From the NCBI RefSeq assembly GCF_009914755.1, contig NC_060932.1: DNA of 64,000 nt. One strand, written 5' to 3'. The first letter of the stretch is position 1, and each line of letters opens with the position of its first letter. This stretch comes from the human T2T-CHM13v2.0 reference genome, Homo sapiens. Shown here piece after piece: positions 51,486 to 64,000 of this stretch. Under the pieces are notes generated by a model. It did no database searches and was not told the DNA's origin. It was given only the letters and a program-made list of their open reading frames with translations. The position numbers and the translations under genes are program-made.

Positions 51486-51986
51486 TGTGATGATTAATTG
51501 TATGTGTCAATTTGGGCCATGAGGTGCTCGGATATTTGGTAGAACAGTATTCTGGATGTTTACATGAGGGTGTTTTTGGAGGACATTAACATTTCAACCA
51601 GTAGATGGACTAAGGCGGACTGCCTCCCTAAGGAGCTGGGCCTTATCTAATCAGTGAAAGCCTGAATAGAAAAAAAAAAAAAGCTGACCCTCTTCCAAGT
51701 AAGGGAAACTTCCTTCTGCCTGATTGTCTTTGGGATAGGGCATCGGCTTTTTCCTACTCTAGGATTCAAACTGAAACAATGGCTTTACCTGGGGTCTTGA
51801 GCCTGCTGGGCTCTGGACTGAAACTACACCATCAGCTCTCCTGGGTCTCCAGCCTCCAGCTTGCCTACTCACTCTGAATATCTTGGGACTTGTCAGGCTT
51901 CATAATGAAGTGAGCCATTTTTAATAATAAATCTCATTTTCTCCCTCAATACGTATACATGGTTTTGGAGAACCCTAACTAATACA
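51486..51986 (+). mobile_element. MLT2 (ERVL) LTR
   Basis: tgtgatgattaattgtatgtgtcaa ... ggagaaccctaactaataca termini. Confidence 0.8.
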
Positions 51987-54288
51987 TAATACAGTTGAGT
52001 ATAGAAAGAAGAACCCAAGGAATTCCAGAGAGCATGGGTGGGTAGCAAATGGAAAATGTAAATTCAGGAAGAAAGTTTCCTGCTAATGAGAAGAAATTCC
52101 AGAACATGTTAGTATGCTGATGGCAATAATAAAGAAGAGTGAATGGAGTTGGCAATGGAGGCTGTAAGGGATAAAATATTATATGTTTGGCAAGAGTGCA
52201 AGGTTTTGCTAGGCACATAGGGCTAGTGCAGCAAGCTTTCAGTAGTGAAATGGTGGCAACCAGGTCAGAATTTCTTGGAATGAGGGTAAATCACACCTTC
52301 CTCGGTGGTGAGATGGGGATATGGGTACTGCTTTTCATAGAACAAACTGTCCGGCCAGGGGGATGGTGGCTCACACCTGTAACCACAGCACGTTTAGAGG
52401 CCAAGGCAGGTGGATCACCTGAGGTCAGGAGTTCAAAGCCAACGTGGTGAAACTCCGTCTCTACTAAAAATACAAAAATTAGCCAGGTGTGGTGGTCCAT
52501 GCCTGTAGTCCCAGCTACTCAGGAGGCTGAAGCAGGAGAATCACTTGAACCCGGGAGGCGGGGGTTGTGGTGAGCTGAGATTGTGCCACTATACTCCAGA
52601 TTGGGCAACAGAGTGAGACTCTGTCTCAAAAAAAAAAAAAAAAAAAAAAAGGAACAAATCTTCCTTTTCTAGAGGACAGAAAGGAATAGATAAACCTTAC
52701 AAGAGCTGATGACAGAATGCCGTCATGCCCCTAATATCGCTCTGTGGTTATATTTCAAAGAGTTGACAGCAATAGAATGACACTGACTTATTCATTCTAG
52801 GCCAAGGAACTACTAAATTCTTTAACAGCCGAATTACTTTGGCATGAATTATCTGGACTTTTCAACACTGATCTGATGTTTATACAAGTGTATTTCCTTT
52901 CAAATAGTCTTGATGCTTCCTTTTTCTCTTTCACACTTTACCTACTTTTGTAATATGCACAAATAAGATATGAAACACTACAAAATAGGGTGTAGATAAA
53001 TTTCGATTAGAAAACTGTATAAAATTAAACAAAAGAACAAAAATGTAGAAATTGGGTTTTAGCAATGTGTTCTTATCTGACAATATAGGACAAAGAAATG
53101 TTTGGCTCTAGTTTCCGAAAGCTATCATTGGAGAGGTGACTGGGGAAGAGATTTATTGAAGTTATCCTTTCAATTTTGGTCTGAGAGTCCTCATCTTGGT
53201 GTGAAACCTTGGTCACCTGAGAAAGTCCTTTAACCCTTTTGAGTCTCAAATTCCTCTTTGGGAGATTGCATTATGTAAGACTAACCTTAGGATAACCTTA
53301 GGAATAAGAAAATAAAGAAATCGAAACCCCATATAGTATCAGCTCCATAAAGTCAACAATCTCCACAAGCTATCAAGTGATAAGACATTCTTGTGGGTAG
53401 TACATCCTGGTTGTACAAATCACAGGACTCAATGAATAAAGGAAGCTGGGCACAAATTGGAGAGCATCTTGGACTTGGGACTCTGCAGACTGGTGCTATG
53501 TCCCTGACTGTGTGGCTTGCCTCTCTAGGGGACTGGGGAACCTTGCTCATCTAAGTTTCGTGCTTGGTAAAAATCAGATGATAATAGCTACTTTGGTTCA
53601 CATTTAGAGTTTTTAAAAATAATACCTGGGGGCTGGGTGCGGTGGCTCATGCCTGTAATCCCAGCACTTTGGGAGGCAGACGCAGGCAGATTGCCTGAGG
53701 TCAGGAGTTTGAGACCAGCCTGGCCAACATGGTGAAACCCCATCTCTGCTAAAAATACAAAAATTAGCCGGGCATGGTGGCACATGCCTGTAATTCCAGC
53801 TATTCGGGAGGCTGAGGCAGGAGAATTGCTTGAGCCCAGGAGACGGAGGTTGCAGTGAGCCAAGAGGGTACACTCCAGCACTCCAGCCTGGCCAACAGAG
53901 CAAGACTCTGTCTCAATAAATAAATAAATAAATAAATAAAAAGAATACCTGGAAAAATGTGCATCTCAGGGAGAGTCTGTATACATGCCCTAATAAAACA
54001 ACATGAACTTATACTCTGATATTTCCTTAATATGTTACTGTGTTAATTAAATATTTTTATGGCTAGATTTGTAATTTACAAGTGCTGCTTTATTATGACA
54101 CACAGTGTCATTGAAGAGGAGAGCGGACTTCAGCACATTTTGTTCCTTAAGGGAGCTTAAATTGGATCTAACCAGTTCAAAAGTGAAGTGAAAAAAAAAC
54201 ACACATCTCCACTGACCAAAAAAAGAGTGAGGTGGAGATGATGACCATATCGTGGGTCAGCATTTCTGGGTTATTTGGTTAGTGTTAG

Positions 54289-54456
<168 letters not shown>

Positions 54457-55071
54457 TAGCTGGGACCACAGGTGGGTGCCACCATACTTGGCTAATATAT
54501 ATATATATTTTTTTGGCAGAGACAGGGTCTCACTGTGTTGCCCAGGCTGGTCTTGGACTCTTGGGTTCAAGCAATCCTCCTGCCTTAGCCTCTCAAAGTG
54601 CTGGGATTACAGGTTGTGCCCAACCAGTGTTAGTCTTCTTTTACTTGATTACACTTAATGGTTGTAAGCCTGGAGACAGAGGCTCCTTGTTAAAGAGAAA
54701 CCACACAAATAGTTATGAAAGTTATTTAGTAAGTTAATGGATTCATTGATTTGAAGAAGTAAAAAGATGTTTGTTTCCTCAGTTGTTTTTTTTTTTTTGA
54801 AAAAATTTCAAACCTACGGAAAAAAAGTAAGAATATTATCATGAGCTCCCAAATATCCTCCAGCTAGATTAATCAATTATTTACTGAGACATTTGGAAGT
54901 CAGTTTCAGACATCAAGATATTCAGCCCTAGCACTTTAGGAGGCCGAAGCAGGTGGATCACCTAAGGTCAGGTGTTCAAGACCATCCTGACCAATATGGT
55001 GAAACCTGTCTCTACTAAAAATAGAAAAATTAGCGGGGCGTGGTGGTGTGTGCCTGTAGTCCAGCTACTCA

Positions 55072-55236
<165 letters not shown>

Positions 55237-55891
55237 TTAAATCATTCTCAGTACCATTATCACTCCTGAGAGAATTAGTATCAATTAATAATATCACATA
55301 GATGCTGTCCATATTTAAATTTCTCCAAATGTCTCCCAAATATTTATTACAGCTTTTATGTAACCTAGAATCTAATTAAGTATCATACATTGCATTTAGC
55401 TGTTACATATCTTTTGTCTCTTTTAATCCTAGACTGTGTGAATATCCTATTCCCCAATATCCTTTCATCCAGAAGTTTTAGTACCCATTACTGATCCTTG
55501 CCTGAATCAGAGATTATACAGAGATTATATAGGCCTTGCAAAAATGGTGGTTTTAAAATTTTATCATTTCATCTGTATTTGCTAGTGGACATAAAGAAGA
55601 TCTCTCATTCTCTCTCAGCATCACTATGCACTGATGGATATTTGGTGGGTGGGGAGTTATAATCTATTACTATCATTATTTCTTTTGATGGTCAAATTAT
55701 CCCAAATTTGTCAGCAGTTCCTCCTTCAAGCTACCTTATTTGTGCGTATCTGTGTATGTGTGTGTGTGTGAATGTGTCTGTGTGTGTGAATGTGTCTGTG
55801 TGTGTGTGTGTGTTTGAATGCTTTCTAGCTTTCTGGCATAAGAAATATGTTCTAGGCTCATCTTAGTCTTTCTCTGCTCTAGACCTGAAAC

Positions 55892-56599
55892 TGTTATGTA
55901 GGTAGTCAAGCAGACCTAAGCAGGGCAGGAGAGCCCCTACTGCCCCCCAACCAAGAATGTCAGACAACCATCAGGTGATGGTCAGGCGGTTATCAAACTG
56001 CTTCTCTAAAATAATAATTGGTTGCAGCTGGCATCAGGAAAAGGCAGTCTCCCAAGAGATAGAAACACTTAAAGTTGGTGATCAGCAGCTTCCCAGTAGG
56101 ATCTCAGGAGTTGGTTGAGTGGTCTCAAGCATGCACACTAAGAGGCAAATGGCAGAGTTTAACTGGTATATGACCTTCCTTTAGGAACACTCAACTGGTA
56201 AGGAAAAAACCCCTCAAGTGAGCATGTGCACAATTTTGGTAAACACACTGTGCATACAGCCCCTTTCAAGTGTTGGCAGTCCACTATGCCTGCGGACAGC
56301 CCACCCCAAAGAAGAATCAGGGAAGAAGGATTGCAAGACCCCAGAAGCATGCCAATGTATAAGACCCCAAGTCAAAGGTCAAACAGTGCACTTCAATCTC
56401 TCAAGTTGCTGGCTTGGCCCTCTTCCAGGTGTACTTTACTTCCTTTTGTTCCCTCTAAACTTGTTAGTGAACTTTCATTCCTGCTCTAAAACTTGCCTAG
56501 GTCTTTCACTCTGCCCTATGCCCCTTGGTCAAATTCTTTCTTCTGAGGAGGCAAGAATTGAGGTTGTTGTAGACCTGTACAGGTTCGCAGCTGCTAACA
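55892..56599 (+). mobile_element. Solo ERV1 LTR (MER50-like)
   Basis: TG...CA termini with 4-bp TSD aaac. Confidence 0.75.
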
Positions 56600-56679
56600 A
56601 AACTAGTCACTTCTCCAAATAGCTCTGGTTCCTTCGAAGGGGGAATGGTGTTTAGGAAACAAGATCTGGGTGCTAGTGT

Positions 56680-57619
56680 TTAAATCACCTTTGCAAAAAT
56701 CATAATAGTGAGAAAATTGTAACAGTGAAAGAGGTCTTACCTAACCAACTTCATCTTGCCTTTCACCTCCAAACTGCCCTTGATCATTTCTGGGTGTGAA
56801 CCAAGCTAACTTTGGGAGAAATTTAGTTTATAATTTCAATGGTAATAACCCTTCCCAAAGCCATTTATTTGTTCTGTAGCTCACGACATTTTCAACTTCC
56901 CCAATTACTCTCATAAATAACATCACTATTGTAGAACCTGAGATTGACCTTTTGAGATGTTTTTTCAGGCTTTTGCATGTATGATGACCAGATGGCCCCA
57001 CCCAGACCAGCAACTCCTCTGTGGCCCCCACCCAAAAGTGGACTCAGCTCATGAGGACCATTTTCTACACCACCGTAATTGCATTTCCAACCACTCAGCA
57101 TCACCCATTCCCTAGCCCCCTGCCTGCCAAACTATTCTTGAAAAACCCTAACCTTGGAATGTGGTGGGAGGCTGATTTGTGTAATAATAAAACTTTGAGT
57201 AGGGCATGGTGGCTGACACCTGTAATTTCAGCACTTTGGGAGGAGGCTAAGGCAAGAGGATTGTTTGAGCCCAGGAGTTTGACTGGGCTCATAGTTTGCC
57301 TGGGCAACACAGTGAGACCCTGTCTCTCCCCACTACAAAAAAAAAGTTAGCCAGGCATGGTGGCACATGCCTGCAATCCCAGCTACGTGGGAGGCTGCGG
57401 CAGGAGGATGCTTGAGCCTGAGAGGTGGAGGCTGCAGTGAGCTGTGATTGCACCACTCCACTCCAGCCTAGGTGACAGAATGAGACCTTGTCTCAAAAAA
57501 CCAACCAAACAAAAAAGCTCCAGTCACTCATTTAGCTGGCTCTATTTCAATTCCCCTGTCTTCATCAATAATTAGTTCTGCCTAGGAAATGGGCAAGATG
57601 AACCCATTGGGCAGTTTCA
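56680..57619 (+). mobile_element. LTR8-like solo LTR with nested Alu (~57198-57517)
   Basis: acagtgaaagaggtcttacctaaccaac ... gaacccattgggcagtttca; TSD gtgt. Confidence 0.75.
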
Positions 57620-57870
57620 GTGTCTCATAGCAAGGGGTAGATTCAGATTTGTAGAGCCTGAAGCTACTACAATTTTGGGACTTTTTTTTTTTAAAGAAAA
57701 GGAATGTAAAGTTACAAATATAAAATTAGTATATGGCTTTAGAAGTGGTCCCTCAGTGAAGGGCTATATATTTTAAGGTTTATTAGCTTCATTATTATTG
57801 GGATATTATTGTTCTTGGGATCTTTCAGTGAAGAGAATGTTCAAATGCAACACCACGGGTTTATTTCTTA

Positions 57871-58314
<444 letters not shown>

Positions 58315-58557
58315 CTACCAAAAACAAACCTACTAGTAATGTTCAAGATTTTCTTTCATTTCTTCTTAATATGTTATATGTCCTACTAAGGATATATAGC
58401 CAAAGTACTATAGTCGAACGCTATTTAACTTTTTCTTTATGGTTACATTATCAATTCAATATACAATTAATTTTAATTGTTTCTGTTTGAATTCAATTTC
58501 AGGGTTTGCTTTTTTATTCTCTTTAATTTAAATTTATTTTTTAAAAATGCAGAACAA

Positions 58558-58956
58558 TGTTAAAAGAAAAATCTTAGACAAATTAAATTGAACAGAGTTT
58601 AATTGTGCAAAGAACAATTTGCAAATTGGGCAATGTCTCCAATCAGAATAGGTTCAGAGAGACTCTGGCCCTTCTGTGTGGTTAGATTGATGGACAGAGA
58701 AAGGAAAGTGATGGACAGAAAATGGAAGTCAGGTACAGAAACAGCTGGTTTGGTTACAGCTCAAAGTTTACCTCAGTTGAACAGGGTTTGAACAGTTGGC
58801 TGCCTTTGATTGGCCAACATTCAGTGATTGGCACAAGAGTGGGCTACAGTCTATTTACACATCTAGTTAGGTTAGAGTTCACTATATACACAGAAAACTT
58901 TAAGCTGGACTAAAATATGTAAGGAGGCAGCTTTAGGCTAAAGTTAATTTACGACA
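58558..58956 (-). mobile_element. MER57-like LTR
   Basis: The - strand begins tgtcgtaaattaactttagcctaaagctgcctccttacata. Confidence 0.6.
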
Positions 58957-59011
58957 TTTATGATTAAAAGTCAAAAAGATACACTGAGAAGTTTCACTTA
59001 TCCCTCTCCCT

Positions 59012-59700
59012 CTGTTATTGGAAAGAGGTCCCAGTCCAGACCCCAAGAGAGGGTTCTTGAATCTCATGCAAGAAAGAATTTGGGTTGAGTCCACAGAGTA
59101 AAGTAAAGGCAGGTTTATTAGAGAAGTAAAGAAAAAAAGGGGCCGGTGCGGTGGCTCACGCCTGTAATCCCAGCATTTTGGGAGGCCGAGGTGGGCAGAT
59201 CACGAGGTCAGGAGTTCGAGACCAGCCTGACCAACATGGTGAAATCCCGTCTCTTCTAAAAATACAAAAATTAGCCGGGCGTGGTGGTGGGCGCCTATAG
59301 TCCCGGCTACTCAGGAAGCTGAGGCAGAAAAATCACTTGAACCTAGGAGGTGGAGGTTGCAGTGAGCTGAGATCGTGCCACTGCTCTCCAGCCTGGGCGA
59401 CAGAGACTCCATCTCAAAAAAAAAAGAAACAAAAGAATGGCTACTCCATAGACAGAGTTGCCCTAAGGGCAACTGGTTGTCTACTTTTTATGGTTATTTC
59501 TTGATTACATGCTAAACAAGGGGTGGATTATTCATGAGTTTTCTGGGAAAAGGGTGGGAATTTCCTAGAACTGAGGTCTCCTCCCACTTTTAGATCATAT
59601 AGGGTAATTTCCAAATGTTGTCATGGTATTTGTAAACTGTCCTGGGGCTGGTGGGAGTGTCTTTTAGCATGTGAATGCATTATAATTAGCATATAATAAG
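59012..59700 (-). mobile_element. MER41-like LTR (partial) with nested Alu (59141-59425)
   Basis: ggtcccagtccagaccccaagagagggttcttgaatctcatgcaagaaagaatt end motif; two TTCNNNGAA motifs. Confidence 0.7.
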
Positions 59701-60151
59701 ATTTGAATGGAGTTGCTGTGGTTCCATTGCCTCTGACACTTCCACCCCATTCACACTCATCCTCTATAAGGAACTATTTTTATTAATTTATGGCTTTTTC
59801 TCTACTTTTTTGGTAAAAATCTGAAAATATGTGTGCAGTTTCTTATTTCTATTTTTTTCTTAAACATGCAGTCTATTATATACACTCTTTTGCTCCTTTG
59901 CTTCCCCCGCTCCCGCAACCTCAATACATCCCAGGACTCACTTTATATCTGCTCTGCTCATGGAGATCTTCATTCTTTTTATAAATGGACAATAGTCCAT
60001 TGAATGGCAGCTGGGCGCAGTGGCTCACATCTGTAATCCCAGCACTTTGGGAGGCCGAGGCGGGTGGATCACCTGAGGTCAGAAGTTGGAGACCAGCCTG
60101 GCCAACATGGTGAAACCCCATCTCTACTAAAAATACAAAAATTAGCCACTA

Positions 60152-60331
<180 letters not shown>

Positions 60332-60445
60332 CTACAGATGACCTAACTAGTTTCCTATGAAAGGTAATTTGATTGTTGCCAATACTTAGGTTGCTGTTTT
60401 AGAAAATTATATAGACTGCGCTATGAATTTAAACAAGAAGGAACT

Positions 60446-61158
60446 TGAAACCACTACTGCAAAATTATAATTGAAACAGTGAAAGAGATTGGACCTAACC
60501 AACTCTATCTTATTTCTAACTTCTAAGCTGTCCTTACTCATTCTTAGGCATAGGCTGAACTAACTTTGAGGAGGAACATAGTTTATAGTTTAGAACAAAG
60601 ACAATAACAGCCCTTTCCCAAAACAAACCTTCTTTCCTGGGGACTGGACCGCCTTTGCAGGACTAACAAATTAGCCAAAAGATTAGAAATTATGGTTTAG
60701 GAGTCATACAGCTGGAGGCTGTATGATTCTGACCCTCCCCAAATTGCTCCTGGGAATAACATCACTATTGTAAAGCCTAAGACCAGTGCTTCAGATATGT
60801 TGCAGACCCTGCACTGGATGGATCAGCAGGCACCACTCAGCTCGATAAACTGGCTCATCTGATCCCATGGCCCCCACCCAGGAACTGACTTAATGCAAGA
60901 CAGCTTTGACTCCCTATGATTTCACCTCTGACCCAAACAACCAGGTCTCCCGACTTACTGGCTCTCCTCCACCCACCAAATTGTCCTTAAAAACTTTGAT
61001 CCCCAATGCTTGCGGAGACTGATTTGTGTAATAATAAAACTCCAGTCTTCTGCACAGCCGGCTCTACGTGAATTACCCTTTATGAATTGCAATTCCCCTG
61101 TCTTGATAAATCAGCTGTGTCTTGACAGTGGGCAAGGTAAACCCATTGGGTGGTTACA
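60446..61158 (+). mobile_element. LTR8-like solo LTR about 1 kb upstream of the CA13 CpG island
   Basis: tgaaacc...acccattgggtggttaca; 4-bp TSD aact. Confidence 0.8.
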
Positions 61159-62129
61159 AACTGTGTACCCAAGCAATAAAAGTAACAATTTGGGAAGTAT
61201 TTGAGACCCACCAACCAAAATTTCTTTAACAATTTTGGTCTATTCAGTCATTCATCCATTCATGTAACCACTATTATTGGGTGTCAAGAACTGATACTTA
61301 CTTAGAACGTTAAGAGCATTATTCATCTTGACATACCAAATCATCCGAGTTACTGAAAATTGGTTTACTAGGTTCCTTACAAAGAGGTTGCTTGGATTTA
61401 TAAAATATGAGGCAGTTGACCCGAGACAAGGACGTAGAAAGTGGTTCATGTACCCAATTTTTATTTTTCACTTTGAACCCAGAACATTCACGACTCCAGG
61501 CCAGAAATTCAAGACTCTGCAGCTAGTTCTGACTCCAGTCCTAGGGTAACAAGCCCACCAAGAATCCAGGGCAGATGTCCTGAAAACCCTTCTTGCGGGG
61601 TCAGGAGGGCAGCAGAATTTTGGGACCAAATCTCAACAACTGGTTTTGGTTTCCTCACTCACCAAGCCACAAGCCTGCAGAGTGAGAAGAGGTAAGGAAA
61701 GGATGAATGGGCAATGGAGCCAGCCCAGGACCGGGAGCTGGTCCTCTCTAACAGCGACCCCGCCCGCTTTAGCTGAGCGACCCGGGGCAGGTTACATAGT
61801 GTCTCTAACTTAAGCCACGTGTTTCTCGAGGAAATGCTGAGAGGATCTAATGGGAAAACGTGGGTACACGTCTTAGCTAAGACCCTCGCCCACGATAAGC
61901 CCTTAATAAGTAGTTATTTTTCAGTGGTGGTGATTACCATCGTCATTATTGTTTTGTATTTGTAATCATCACTGCCACGACCATCACCGACCTCTTTTAC
62001 GCCTCCACCGGGATCCCCACCTCCCAGCCTGGCAGTTCCAGGCTCTGGTGACTCATTCACTTCCTGGAAGTCCTCTAGGCAACACTTTCCTCTCCCGAGT
62101 GACGACTCCTCAGAAGGCAGGAGATCCCC

Positions 62130-62640
62130 CCCGGAAACCTTTCTCTCTCCGTCTCTCCCTCTAACTCAAATCTCTCATTCCCGAGTCCAAACTAAGAGAG
62201 ACTCGCGCCCCAGGAGTCAGCCAGCGGCGCGGGCGCCTTCCCCGCACGCCTCTGCCGTCTGGAGGACGCAGGCGGGAGCGCCCCGGACCGGGTTCACGGT
62301 CTCGCACTCCTGCCGCCGGCGCCCCGCGGTCCCGCCCTAGCAGGCTCCTTCCCGGGCCCCTCCCCGCTCCCTCCTCTTTCTCGCTGCTCAGTCACATCTT
62401 TCTCTTCCTTCCACCCCGAGGGACCATGTCGAGGCTCAGCTGGGGATACCGCGAGCACAACGGTGAGCGCCTTTTCCTGATCCAAGGGGGGGTTTGTGCG
62501 GGGGACGAGAGGACTAGCGCGACGCCCCGGCGCTCGCTGACCACACACTGGGCTCGCACATTGAGAAACTTTTTCGGTTCCTCTTTAAGCAGCACTCCTG
62601 GGAGCCCAGTGTGAGAAGCGGAGAGCAGTCTTGTCAGGGT
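62130..62640 (+). promoter_or_regulatory. CA13: CpG-island promoter / 5' UTR of CA13
   Basis: CpG-rich with GC boxes, immediately before the CA13 ATG. Confidence 0.85.
62426..62462 (+). CDS. CA13: Carbonic anhydrase 13 exon 1 (MSRLSWGYREHNG)
   Basis: ACCATG; cytosolic alpha-CA N-terminal WGY..HNG; phase-1 donor G|gtgagc. The rest of the gene is beyond the window. Confidence 0.93.
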
Positions 62641-64000
62641 AGACGGGTTGTTGGTGGTGGATGTGAGCGTTGGTGTGTGTTATCTCTGTCAGGATTCCCC
62701 AAACTCCCAAGTGTTCATACGTGTGAGTTCACCTTCATCTGAAAAGCCAAGGACTTTGCCTAGTAACAGCCACGTATCAATTACAGGCTTGGAGATCAGA
62801 AGTCTGATGACACACTTCAGTGAAATAAGGACAAGTTCGCTTTCAGTCTTTTAAGCTCACTATTCACTTAGGAGAAACAAATCATAGAAAATCTTTAAAA
62901 ATATATTTAGGAAATCTTAACTTGCATTGTGACACTGAAGATTAAGTTGGCTTCGTGGCAAACAAAATACTGCATGTTTCCTAATAGTTGTTACTGTAAA
63001 TATTCCCACAGCAATTTGCAGTTGGCTGACTACTACTGGGGACTTTAGTAAGGGTTCAGGTTCTCGCTGGGAAATTAAGTTACATTGTGGGTTACTTCTC
63101 CACTCTTCTTCTCCACGCTCATCCTTGCAGGGTGAGCAAAGGATTACTGAAATTATAATTCATTGATAGAAATGTATTAATAGGATAAATAATAATGACA
63201 TACACTTTTCTTCTTGTATATCACACATTATCAAAAGTAAAACATTTTTTCTTGTTCCTACGTTAAACTGAACTGATTGTTTAAATAATAATTATTTGAA
63301 ATAATCGCAGTGACACCAAAAAGCCTTATAGTGAATAACTGTCAAAATTAAGGCTTAGTTTAGCCATTCCTCAATGTGCATATATTTCAAAACATCATGT
63401 TGTACACATAAATATATACAATTTTTGTCAATTTAAGAAGTAAATACATAATAAAGAAAAAAATTAAGGCTGTGAATAATAATGCTTTCCTTCTATTAGC
63501 ATGTACATGATTAAACAGTATAGAATGGTCAAATTTTATAGAAAGTTTAATTTCACAAACTAACAGAAAAATTCTATTTCTAATTGTAGCCTGTTTAATT
63601 TCTAATTGTAGCCTGTTTTTAAACATGCTAGTTTAAAAATGGCAGCAGGTGAAATTTATAACTTTAATAATAAAAGGTGTATAGTCAGATTTCTTCTTGA
63701 TTAAGGCCATAATTATAATCTTACATTTTGCTAATTTCCAGTGAATGTTTAGGGGGAAAATATGACAAATCTTTTTTCATTTCCCTCTCTGCTGAAGTCG
63801 TTTTTATTGGAGTTATTTAATAGTCATTGAATCCCAACTGCGCCTTTATGGTAGTTAGGAAGAAGAAGGGTATTTCAATCAATCAATCAATGGATATTGA
63901 TTACTCTTTAGTAGGTTAGAAATTATTCACCTGAATGAAGCTTATTTCAGCAATTTTAAAAATTCATCTTAGCAAAGCCATTAATAAGGAGTGATTTTGT

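Noticed and set aside
62463-62614. Continuation of the 62-aa ORF after CA13 codon 13
   Set aside because: Intronic read-through past the G|gtgagc donor.

Overview
Primate (almost certainly human, chr8q21 by gene order) genomic DNA, rich in Alu, L1 and LTR sequence. It holds three genes. E2F5 coding exons 2-8 lie on + (18713-30461; exon 1 is upstream of the window). The complete 100-aa RBIS/C8orf59 gene lies on - (CDS 34098->31159, CpG-island promoter near 37 kb). The first coding exon and CpG island of CA13 lie on + (ATG 62426). Almost all other ORFs in the track are Alu-, L1- or simple-repeat artefacts. The most notable observations are: an AT-AC U12-type intron in E2F5 filled with nested transposons; a ~97%-identical 117-bp inverted duplication bracketing E2F5 exon 6; a 61-bp locally templated insertion inside one arm of a closely spaced inverted Alu pair; an interlocked bidirectional poly(A) site shared by E2F5 and RBIS; a ~19-bp GC-box repeat array in the RBIS promoter; and a MER41-like LTR with two intact GAS motifs upstream of CA13. 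Repeat family names are from recall of consensus sequences and repeat boundaries are approximate unless a TSD is given. I see no wholly new gene system; the novel-looking signals are structural or regulatory.
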